Below, piece by piece: positions 8,695 to 16,304 of a stretch of DNA of 17,786 bases. Within the stretch, counting starts at the first letter, position 1; the number at the start of each line of letters is the position of its first letter. Source of the stretch: Candidatus Heimdallarchaeota archaeon (GTDB taxonomy: Archaea > Asgardarchaeota > Heimdallarchaeia > JABLTI01); the NCBI GenBank assembly GCA_030614005.1, contig JAUWKS010000067.1:1-17786 (forward strand). Reading direction: 5' to 3'. A program made the translations under genes and the position numbers. The notes under the pieces are model-generated. The model was not told the DNA's origin. It ran no database searches and saw nothing but the letters and a program-made list of their open reading frames with translations.

Positions 8695-9057
8695 GTAAAC
8701 TAGCTCCAATTATGGATTATCGGATTCTCCGAAGTTAAAGAGAGAGATATACCTTTTTTATTTTTTTCTATGGGATGAGCTATTTTTTCTTAGCGTTTAT
8801 TGAAAATTGCTTCAAAATAAAATGTTATACTCTTAATTTATCTCTTAATTCTTCAAATAGTTAAATAATTAATGTCAGAGTTATCTATAGTTTTAAGCAG
8901 CTCGAAGAGGTAACTTGAAATAAGAAATAGCTCTTATATTACCATAGCAAAGTTTCAGTTTCGAAGTGCAGTTAAATTTCTGATAGCTGGAGCTATTATT
9001 GTTGGATAACCAACAGAAAACAGTAATCTCTAAACATAACCGTGGAGAAAATTAAAA

Positions 9058-9540
9058 TTGTCTGATGTAGAAAAAGTAATCCCAGAAGAATTAGACGCTG
9101 TAACAGAGAGACTTGTCTATAAAATAACTGAAGGATTACAACGACTAAACAGTATCGGTACAGTTCAATTTATTCAAATCGATTTACCTCCAATTCCAGA
9201 TAGGATCAAAGATATTTTAGCAATAAACTTCAATTCTCCCTTAGATTATGGTTTGTATATTAATCAAACAATTGTATTAGAACAAATGGATACGGGTGAC
9301 TCCTTTATGAGAGCATTGAACTCCATTAGAAAGCTCTTCACTGTGGTCGATACAATTTCTATTGAGGAAATACAAGCAGTAGTAAATATTGACTACAAAG
9401 GCGAACCTATGGATATCATTGTTACTTATGATCCTGAGGAGCACGACATCAGTCTTGTGTCTGTAACTCAACATGGAGAATTCTTTAGAATTTTAGAATA
9501 TGTTAGATTCTTCTGGTTAAAATCAAGACCAAGAATTTAG
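9058..9540 (+). CDS. Hypothetical protein (160 aa, acidic)
   Basis: Clean ORF with GGAG about 10 nt upstream of TTG and a T-rich tract after the stop. No family recognised. Confidence 0.75.
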   Translation: MSDVEKVIPEELDAVTERLVYKITEGLQRLNSIGTVQFIQIDLPPIPDRIKDILAINFNSPLDYGLYINQTIVLEQMDTGDSFMRALNSIRKLFTVVDTISIEEIQAVVNIDYKGEPMDIIVTYDPEEHDISLVSVTQHGEFFRILEYVRFFWLKSRPRI

Positions 9541-9550
9541 AAATTCAATA

Positions 9551-9579
9551 TTTCTCTTTTTAATTATTCTTTCTTTTTT
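9551..9579 (+). terminator. T-rich tract after the 160-aa orphan gene
   Basis: TTTCTCTTTTTAATTATTCTTTCTTTTTT directly downstream of the stop. Confidence 0.4.
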
Positions 9580-9663
9580 ATTACTATTAACTCAGCAATT
9601 ACCATAAACTCAAAAAGCAATATTGAGAATTTGAGTACAAATTTAAACGAACTGTGATGAACC

Positions 9664-11010
9664 TTGGCAGATAAATTTAGTACGTCTCAGAAGCAAGATT
9701 TCACTATTAATCTATCTGAGGTGATTCCTTATACTATTGAGTTTTCCAAAGATGCTAAGGAAATTGTCTTAACAAAAGGAGTAATCACAGGAGAAATTTC
9801 TTTAGATAGCATAGCACTAGAACTTGCTCAAAGATTTGATATAGCTTATGAAGAGATTTTTTTTACAAAAAATGATAATAACGACTTCTTAATTAATTTA
9901 GTTTCTGAAAATTTTATTGATACATCAGTTGCAGAAAGTATCATTCTCGAGATGATTGCAAATGAATTACCGTATTCGTTAAAAAGTGCAGACACTCACA
10001 AAGTATTTACCTATATTACTGAAAACCTATTTGGAATACCATTAATTGGGTCAATGTATTTTGGGGTTATTGATCGTGGAACCAACCTCTTACAAATAAG
10101 AAGTTTAACTGGTTGCCCTCTAAATTGCCCGTTTTGTTCAGTTGATGAAGGTCCTGCAACTAAAACAAAACATAGAGATTTCATTGTTGATTCAGATTAT
10201 TTAGTAGATACTTACAATCATGTTGTAAAAGAAAAAGAATTGAAAAAAGCAGAAGCTCACTTGGATGGACAAGCAGAACCGATGGCATATTCTTATCTTG
10301 TTGATTTAGTGCAGGGGTTAGCTAATAATCCCAATACAGCGATAATATCGGCTCAAACAAATGGATGGTATTTGACTGAAAAGCTTATTGATGAATTAGC
10401 TGATGCAGGTCTTTCAAGGATAAATCTTTCAATAAATTCAATGGAATTATCAAATGCTAAGCGATTATCTGGGAGAGGAGATTACCCTTTGCAGAAAATA
10501 TTGACTATGGCAGAATATATTGCAAACTCAAAAATTTCTTTATTACTTGCACCGCTTTGGATACCGGGAATAAATGATTCAGCTATCGAAGAGATAGTTA
10601 AATTCTCGAAAAAAATTAACAATGAGGAAAAGCGTTTCCCTACTTTAGGAATTCAAAATTATCTGATTCATCATCAAGGGAGAAATATGAAAGGGGTCAA
10701 GTCTAAAACCTTCAAAACGTTCAATGAACAATTGAGAGAATTTGAGAGAAAATACGATGTGTCAAACCTGGTTTTAAAACAATCAATGTTTGAATCCTAT
10801 AAAACAAAGATGCTGCCAAATCCTCTAAAAGTGGGGGAAATAATTTCAAGCAGAGTTATTCTTCATGGTAGATTAAATGATGAAATCTTCACTGTAGCAA
10901 AGAATAGAATTATACATGTTACAGGAGCAGAAGGCATATCCATTGGTACAAAATTTAAAGCACGAATTATCAGAAATAGACACAATATCTTTTTTGCGAA
11001 AAAAGTATAA
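9664..11010 (+). CDS. Radical SAM protein with C-terminal TRAM-like domain (archaeal COG2100-like)
   Basis: CxxxCxxC 'CPLNCPFC' (10114-10137) within 'GIPLIG..FG.IDRGTN..Q.R..TGC...C.FCSVDEGP'; 'AHLDGQAEP'; beta-rich C-terminus 'VGEIISSRV...IIRNRHNIFFA'. Confidence 0.88.
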   Translation: MADKFSTSQKQDFTINLSEVIPYTIEFSKDAKEIVLTKGVITGEISLDSIALELAQRFDIAYEEIFFTKNDNNDFLINLVSENFIDTSVAESIILEMIANELPYSLKSADTHKVFTYITENLFGIPLIGSMYFGVIDRGTNLLQIRSLTGCPLNCPFCSVDEGPATKTKHRDFIVDSDYLVDTYNHVVKEKELKKAEAHLDGQAEPMAYSYLVDLVQGLANNPNTAIISAQTNGWYLTEKLIDELADAGLSRINLSINSMELSNAKRLSGRGDYPLQKILTMAEYIANSKISLLLAPLWIPGINDSAIEEIVKFSKKINNEEKRFPTLGIQNYLIHHQGRNMKGVKSKTFKTFNEQLREFERKYDVSNLVLKQSMFESYKTKMLPNPLKVGEIISSRVILHGRLNDEIFTVAKNRIIHVTGAEGISIGTKFKARIIRNRHNIFFAKKV

Positions 11011-11027
11011 TCAGTATTACTTACCAA

Positions 11028-12134
11028 TCAACTTACAGGAAAGCGTAATAGGGCAACTTTTCCACCGAATTTTTCAACTTGTTTACCTGACGCGTGGTGT
11101 TCACTCATAATAACGATTTTTCCGCCAGATTTTTGAACGTCTTGCAGGAATCGATCGAGTTTCTTCCTTTTCTCTCGATCGCGCAAACGTAACTGATTAT
11201 CAACAAGTAACAAAGTTTCTACCGCACCAAATTCAATTGCCTTAACAATCGCCTCGTGTCCATAAGCGACAGTACCAGTATTTTTACCTAACCTTGTCAA
11301 AACTTCTTCAAGATATACAGCATCAGAACTTGCTTGCTCTTCTTCAATAATCCGACCTAGAATGTTTTTACTAATAATTTCGCCAATAGCACTTGGCCCT
11401 CCACTACTCGCTGTTTCAATTATTATTTTATCTAAAGGAATCGTTGTAATGTTCTTCTTCTCTTTTAAATAACGATAATAATTATCTTTTGTGAATCCAG
11501 GCCCAGCAAGAACCATTGCAGTAGCATCTGGAACTTTTGTGGAAAAAGCTTCTTCAATTGCAAATGTTACTGAAGAATAGAATTTTGCTATTTTCTCGGC
11601 ACGTATTTTTTCTTTGCTCCCCGATTTCTTTGGTATTCGTTCTTTAATATTAACAAGGATAGAACTTGAAAAAGCGCCTATAGCCGCAAGAGTAGCTTCA
11701 CTGTCATCTATAGCAACAATAAGTACTTTAGCACTTGAGGATTTTTTCACAGCAGCCTCTAATCGATCCTTATCGATTTTAGACCAAATTTCTTTTCCAA
11801 TTGTAAGTAATGTTCCTGTTTCTACATTGATTGTATGATAAGTTCCATAGGATATCAAATCCTCAGGACCCTCAGTTATTGTTCCTTTTATTCGTAAGCG
11901 ATTAGCAAATTCGTGGAATTTAACTTCTTCAACTTCTAGAGTCAGAATCATAGAAACACGGTCGCCTTTATCAGCTCTCCCATCTTCTGTTTCACCCATA
12001 CGAATCCTACGATAGGTTCGCGCCTTTACTTTATCGAGTGGTAGAATGAGATTATAGAGAACATATAAATCATCAACGGTTTCAGGTACAACTGAAACAG
12101 AACCAAATTGATATTTTCGTGATTTAATGTTCAA
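11028..12134 (-). CDS. pelA: Pelota/Dom34 ribosome rescue factor
   Basis: 'PETVDDLYVLYNLI', 'RLRIKGTI..GP', 'G.YHTI', 'LAGPGFTK' and 'GAVETLL', ending 'G..ALLRF'. GGTGA SD at 12146-12142 before TTG. Confidence 0.95.
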   Translation of the reverse strand: MNIKSRKYQFGSVSVVPETVDDLYVLYNLILPLDKVKARTYRRIRMGETEDGRADKGDRVSMILTLEVEEVKFHEFANRLRIKGTITEGPEDLISYGTYHTINVETGTLLTIGKEIWSKIDKDRLEAAVKKSSSAKVLIVAIDDSEATLAAIGAFSSSILVNIKERIPKKSGSKEKIRAEKIAKFYSSVTFAIEEAFSTKVPDATAMVLAGPGFTKDNYYRYLKEKKNITTIPLDKIIIETASSGGPSAIGEIISKNILGRIIEEEQASSDAVYLEEVLTRLGKNTGTVAYGHEAIVKAIEFGAVETLLLVDNQLRLRDREKRKKLDRFLQDVQKSGGKIVIMSEHHASGKQVEKFGGKVALLRFPVS

Positions 12135-12232
12135 TAGTATTTCACCAACAATAGGAACTAATTGTTAAATATAGTTTAGAAATATAACTATGGTATCTAA
12201 TATTTCCGGAAAATAATGAAAGAAAGGACAAA

Positions 12233-12616
12233 TTAGAAGTTTTCTAAAATGTCTTCAACTCTTCCAGCAAAGTCCTTCATTAAACGATATCTTAATGTGG
12301 ATCTGCTAGTTTCTTCTTTAATCATTATTACTATTGAATTATTGCTCTCCGATCTAAAAACAAGAAAGAAACCGTCCTTTCCTTCCAACATAACTCCTAT
12401 AGGATCACCAATGCCGTAATGATTTGTTGTCATTTTTACCAGCGATAAAAATTCTCTCACATAAGAACTTGTAAACTCAGTATCAACTTCTTGAAAAGAC
12501 CATTTTAGCACAAGAAGTCCAGAAGATTCAATAACGATAACAGATTTGACTCCTGGATTAAGTGCGTGTAAAACATTGCATTCTTTTTCAAATCGTACAT
12601 CAACTGATTGGCTCAA
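12233..12616 (-). CDS. Roadblock/LC7 (MglB-like) domain protein
   Basis: Pattern helix - 'GVKSVIVIESSGLLV' - long helix - 'VMLEGKDGFFLVF...SIVIMIK' - helix 'MKDFAGRVEDIL' fits the Roadblock topology. GAGG SD 8 nt before TTG. Confidence 0.7.
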   Translation of the reverse strand: MSQSVDVRFEKECNVLHALNPGVKSVIVIESSGLLVLKWSFQEVDTEFTSSYVREFLSLVKMTTNHYGIGDPIGVMLEGKDGFFLVFRSESNNSIVIMIKEETSRSTLRYRLMKDFAGRVEDILENF

Positions 12617-12767
12617 ATAATATTCCTCTTTAAATTATTAACGATTTTTTGAAACTTATTCTTCGTCTCGCTAAAAGCTCTAGTTTTCTTAATGAATGTA
12701 TGTATATTACCTTTTCCATTTTACCAATCACCACACATTATTTGTTTAAACTCAAAATCATTTGCTA

Positions 12768-12807
12768 GAAAGAAAAATAAGTAAAAAATGAAATACTCAT
12801 CGAGTAT
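12768..12807 (-). terminator. Hairpin plus T-tract downstream of the small Cys-rich gene
   Basis: Inverted repeat ATACTC-atc-GAGTAT (12793-12807), followed on the minus strand by TTCATTTTTTACTTATTTTTCTTTC. Confidence 0.45.
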
Positions 12808-12864
12808 CAGAATTCATATGGACCAATTACCCCCCCAACACTAAAATGAAATTGGGTGGTGTTA

Positions 12865-13032
12865 TTATCCACATCCAGAGCAACTTGAACAACCACTACT
12901 ACACATAGACATACTTTTAACATATTCTTCGTAGCATTCATGGTGAACAACGATGGTTTTGTTGTCAGTAGTATACACTTCTAACGATTTTTGATCTCCA
13001 TTTATTTCTTTATTACAAAGTATACAAGCCAT
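12865..13032 (-). CDS. Small Cys-rich protein (55 aa), putative Zn-finger plus a C-terminal CxxxCxxCxxC metal/Fe-S motif; not in ORF track
   Basis: Hand translation: MACILCNKEINGDQKSLEVYTTDNKTIVVHHECYEEYVKSMSMCSSGCSSCSGCG*. GTGA 5 nt before ATG, TTTAAATA at 13087-13080, and a hairpin plus T-tract downstream. Confidence 0.8.
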   Translation of the reverse strand: MACILCNKEINGDQKSLEVYTTDNKTIVVHHECYEEYVKSMSMCSSGCSSCSGCG

Positions 13033-13077
13033 AATAATCACTGAATTAACTGACTGATAGGACAGACTAAAACACTT

Positions 13078-13091
13078 CTTATTTAAAAATT
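13078..13091. promoter_or_regulatory. TATA-like element between the two divergent small ORFs
   Basis: CTTATTTAAAAATT reads as a TATA box on both strands, about 45-50 nt from ATG 13032 (minus) and from ATG 13132 (plus). Confidence 0.35.
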
Positions 13092-13131
13092 AAGGTAAAA
13101 CTCTCCAAAAACTAAACAAAAGGAGCTAAAC

Positions 13132-13275
13132 ATGTTCAGCAAATTGCAGAAAGTAAATAAAATTAGTTCTTGGTTGATATCAGGGATTGGTGATACCAAC
13201 CAAGCTAACTGTCCCCTAATTATAATTTGTTGGGTTCTTTTCCCGAGAGATTCGACGGTTGATTTTGAGGATTAG
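13132..13275 (+). CDS. Possible small ORF (47 aa), unknown
   Basis: AGGAG at 13121-13125, 6 nt before ATG. Translation MFSKLQKVNKISSWLISGIGDTNQANCPLIIICWVLFPRDSTVDFED*. No homology recognised. Confidence 0.3.
   Translation: MFSKLQKVNKISSWLISGIGDTNQANCPLIIICWVLFPRDSTVDFED
13169..13204. repeat. Inverted repeat, 14-bp arms with 8-nt spacer
   Basis: CTTGGTTGATATCA-gggattgg-TGATACCAACCAAG. One mismatch, which is a G.U pair if read on the minus strand. Confidence 0.85.
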
Positions 13276-13555
13276 AAAGATAACCATTCCAAGTACTGTG
13301 AACTAAAGATACATATCAATAGAATAATAGAATTACTAAAGAAAGAGTTGTTTACAAGAAAAACATTTTTAGACCTTCTTTTTGAATTTTAAGAACGTAA
13401 ATGCCTTGTTTTATTTTATTCGATATAAGGAAAATGGTTAAAAATAACAATATCGATTGTTTTATAGCATAAAGATGAAAAACTGTTATTCCGTTTTTTT
13501 GCGGAAAAATAGTCTTTTATTTACTAAAAATGCTATATTTGGGTTGAAAGTAGAG

Positions 13556-15223
13556 ATGGCAGCACAAGAATTGACTCAACTTGAGGAAAAACTCTTTGAA
13601 AAGATTAAAGCTATAGAAAAAATGGGCATTTCTGCACGTTATTTGCCTAATAGAGTTGAGCCAGGAGTTGCATATCAATTACATCAAGAAAATAGATGGA
13701 GCAAATTTTCGGGAGAAACATTATTTATTAACCAACAAATCCTTGCTGATCCAATATTAGAACCTTTAATTTTTTGGCGAGAAGCCTTCATGTTTTTAGC
13801 TCCAAAAGATCTGAGAGACACATGGTGGGTTCGCGTTTTAGCAAATACTTTTCCTTTCAGTATTCGACAAACAAATGAAAATTATGAAAAATGGTCAGAA
13901 ATATGGGGAAAAGTAATTGACCCAAAACTCCAAGAAGTTTCGGATTATAAGGAACTAGCATTTTCAGTTGGCTCAAAAGGCATTATTGAGATATTTAGAT
14001 TATGCTTGCATCAAACATTCTCATTGCAAAAAGAGCTGAGAAATGAAAAAATAAAATTCTCTCAGATAGAACTAAACTTGAGGGAGTTTACATTAATTGT
14101 TTCAAAAGTTCGCGATGTATCTGTCGGAATAAATGAAAGTGCAGTAGATATTATGAAAGTAGCTCTGATAAAGCAAACGTTGAAACCTAAAGAGTTGGAA
14201 AAATATACTGATAAAAGCAAAAGTACAATTAGTAAAATAACAAAAAAACTACAAGATATGCAAGTTTTGAATACCAGAACGCAGGTTAACATTCATCGAC
14301 TTAATTTGGGAAACTATTACATGCTATTAAATTGCACACGTAGTCAATATGAAAAACTGAAAAATAATTTTCCAAAACATCCATTTCTTTTTACTTACAG
14401 AGTCCATTGTTTAACAACTTGCACGATTACACTACAATTTGTAGGACCTAGAACAGAAGAATTTTATCTACATTTAGAAAAATACTGTAAATGGTTGAAG
14501 GGATCTAATCAAACAATCGAATATCAATTATTTGAGCTTTTTAATCCCTTCAGAAGTTATTCTTTCAAACACTTCGATACAAAATCAAAGATTCAAAACC
14601 TCAATATTAACGATATAGCAATTAATTATAATTTACTAAGAGAGATACCACAAGAAAAGCGAAAAGGAACAAAATCAGAGCCAGAAAATATCATTGTTAC
14701 TATCCCTCAATTTTCGAAAATTTGTAACAAATTAGATCAAATAGATATTGAAATTATTAATCAGATTTTAATTGGAAACTTTACTAGACGAGGTATTCAA
14801 AAAATAGTGAAGAAAGATATGAATGATATTGTTAAACGTCTACGATATTTCAAAGAGGAGGAAGTACTAGCAGAACATGTTTATGTTAAATTACCCAATA
14901 ATTCAGAACAAGTCATGCTCTTCATCGAAGAAACTAAAAATGAACCCTCACTAAAAGAGAGAATGAAACTTTTATGTTATTATTTACCAGATGCTTTCTT
15001 TTCAGAAGTGAAGGGAACGTTCGACGGCATAATGCTACTTTTATCACTTTCGTATTCGAATGTTTTACAATTTGTAGACTTCATTAATTTCTTTTTACCC
15101 TCTTCAATCAATATACAAATTATTGTAGGAAGGGCTAAAGAGCAAAAAGAGTTTAGAAAATTACCTGTGAATCGCTGGACTGGTTCTGAATGGTTATTTT
15201 ATGAAGAAGATTTTGAGATGTGA
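13556..15223 (+). CDS. Large transcriptional regulator-like protein: N-terminal unknown domain plus two Lrp/AsnC-like wHTH modules
   Basis: HTH1 from about 14129 'INESAVDIMK...ELEKYTDKSKSTISKITKKLQDMQVL...VNIHRLNL'. HTH2 from about 14732 'LDQIDIEIINQI...IVKRLRYFKEEEVL'. Each is followed by an alpha/beta segment. Likely start ATG 13556 (MAAQEL); the track start is TTG 13457. Confidence 0.65.
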   Translation: MAAQELTQLEEKLFEKIKAIEKMGISARYLPNRVEPGVAYQLHQENRWSKFSGETLFINQQILADPILEPLIFWREAFMFLAPKDLRDTWWVRVLANTFPFSIRQTNENYEKWSEIWGKVIDPKLQEVSDYKELAFSVGSKGIIEIFRLCLHQTFSLQKELRNEKIKFSQIELNLREFTLIVSKVRDVSVGINESAVDIMKVALIKQTLKPKELEKYTDKSKSTISKITKKLQDMQVLNTRTQVNIHRLNLGNYYMLLNCTRSQYEKLKNNFPKHPFLFTYRVHCLTTCTITLQFVGPRTEEFYLHLEKYCKWLKGSNQTIEYQLFELFNPFRSYSFKHFDTKSKIQNLNINDIAINYNLLREIPQEKRKGTKSEPENIIVTIPQFSKICNKLDQIDIEIINQILIGNFTRRGIQKIVKKDMNDIVKRLRYFKEEEVLAEHVYVKLPNNSEQVMLFIEETKNEPSLKERMKLLCYYLPDAFFSEVKGTFDGIMLLLSLSYSNVLQFVDFINFFLPSSINIQIIVGRAKEQKEFRKLPVNRWTGSEWLFYEEDFEM

Positions 15224-15940
15224 CTATTGTTTACTACGTTTTGATTTTGGGAGATACTCTATTGTTTTCCCAGTTATTATAGTTCCTTCTTCCATTTCTA
15301 ATGAAATGGGGGTTCCACATTGCTCTGGACATCCTCGTTCACATCTTGGTGTCCACCAGTTAAACAAAGCAGGTGCTGCATCATTTACTAAATAAAATAT
15401 CATTTGTGCAAGTCTACGAATTTCCCATTGAGCACGAGTGCAAATGCGAAAGTTGAAGAAATTCCAAAGAGATCTAGCATTCATAGTCATAACTATTGCT
15501 GTTTTTGTAGCATTGGGTAAAAGATATCTTGAATCTTCTAATTCAATCCCTAATTCATCGAGTTGTTTTCGAGCATCTATTGATTGCTGTAGAAAATCTT
15601 CAGCGATTTTTCGTGCTTCTGAGTTCTCAAGAATTGAATCTGGAATCACTGCCCAATCTTTCTCTCCAACTTCTAATGGATCAGAGTATCTTTGGCTTTC
15701 TTGGGAGAAAGAAGCCATTCGATGTCTAACAAGCTGATGGCTTGTTACTCGAGACACACCTGAAATTCTAAAAGTGAAGCTAACATGCTCTGCTACTGAT
15801 TCATGACCAGAATCAATGACGCGCTTGATTATTGCTTCATTTGTTGGTTCGTTTAAAATTACTTTTTTCTTACCACGGCACATCTTAATGGCAACTTCAG
15901 CTAATTTTTCATTTGTTGCACTAAGTAATTCTACTTTCAT
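15224..15940 (-). CDS. thyX: FAD-dependent thymidylate synthase ThyX
   Basis: GHESVAEH, ThyX motif RHRMASFSQESQRY (RHRx7SxR), 'SRYLLPNAT', 'MNARSL..F...R....AQWEIR'. Confidence 0.96.
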   Translation of the reverse strand: MKVELLSATNEKLAEVAIKMCRGKKKVILNEPTNEAIIKRVIDSGHESVAEHVSFTFRISGVSRVTSHQLVRHRMASFSQESQRYSDPLEVGEKDWAVIPDSILENSEARKIAEDFLQQSIDARKQLDELGIELEDSRYLLPNATKTAIVMTMNARSLWNFFNFRICTRAQWEIRRLAQMIFYLVNDAAPALFNWWTPRCERGCPEQCGTPISLEMEEGTIITGKTIEYLPKSKRSKQ

Positions 15941-16149
15941 AGTAATCGTCTCAGCTATTATCTCGAGTCACTTTTTATTTTAGTTTCTAACGTGATTCTT
16001 AAATTTATTGAAATAATTAACTTCCAACAGAGAGTAATTTTTCTCTATTGAATCCTTTCACAGCTATTTTCTAAATTAACTAAGGTTATCGTTATTAAGA
16101 TTCCTTCAGATACATAGGATAAATATGATATTCAAGCCCCCACACGTTT

Positions 16150-16166
16150 ATTACAGCAGCTGTAAT
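16150..16166. promoter_or_regulatory. Perfect palindrome, candidate transcription-factor operator
   Basis: ATTACAGC-A-GCTGTAAT in the thyX / ATC-hydrolase divergent intergenic region. Confidence 0.45.
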
Positions 16167-16304
16167 GAAGATTTGATTATTCAATTACTAATACCTTATA
16201 ATTGCTTAATTACATAATTAACTGAAAGTTTCTTATTTTACTTATAACATCTTAAGCTTATTAATAGTAAATTGCGGAAATGAAATTTGTATGGAGAAAG
16301 AAGA

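Noticed and set aside
9664-10020. Apparent novel N-terminal extension on the radical SAM protein
   Set aside because: As I recall, members of this archaeal family generally carry a roughly 100-aa N-terminal region before the IPLIG motif, so it is not distinctive.
12233-12616. Possible Asgard profilin
   Set aside because: The long central helix followed by three short strands fits Roadblock better than profilin. A structure search is needed to exclude profilin fully.
12829-12860. C7 run and imperfect inverted repeat (CCCCCCAA...TTGGGTGG) just after the Cys-rich gene
   Set aside because: It is intergenic, so not a phase-variation tract in a CDS. It is mismatched with a 13-nt loop and is at most part of the terminator region.
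9664-13032. Idea that the Cys-rich 55-aa peptide is a RiPP precursor (SCIFF/ranthipeptide-like) for the nearby radical SAM enzyme
   Set aside because: The enzyme has no SPASM/twitch cysteines or evident RRE and looks like a widespread TRAM-type family. The two genes are on opposite strands, separated by pelota and roadblock.
13457-13555. 33 extra N-terminal residues on the regulator
   Set aside because: The region looks like promoter DNA (purine run plus CTTTTATTTA at 13514-13523). ATG 13556 is more plausible, though not proven.
15224-15940. thyX as a marker of a provirus or mobile element
   Set aside because: No integrase, capsid, att-like repeats or compositional shift nearby. The flanks are housekeeping-type genes.
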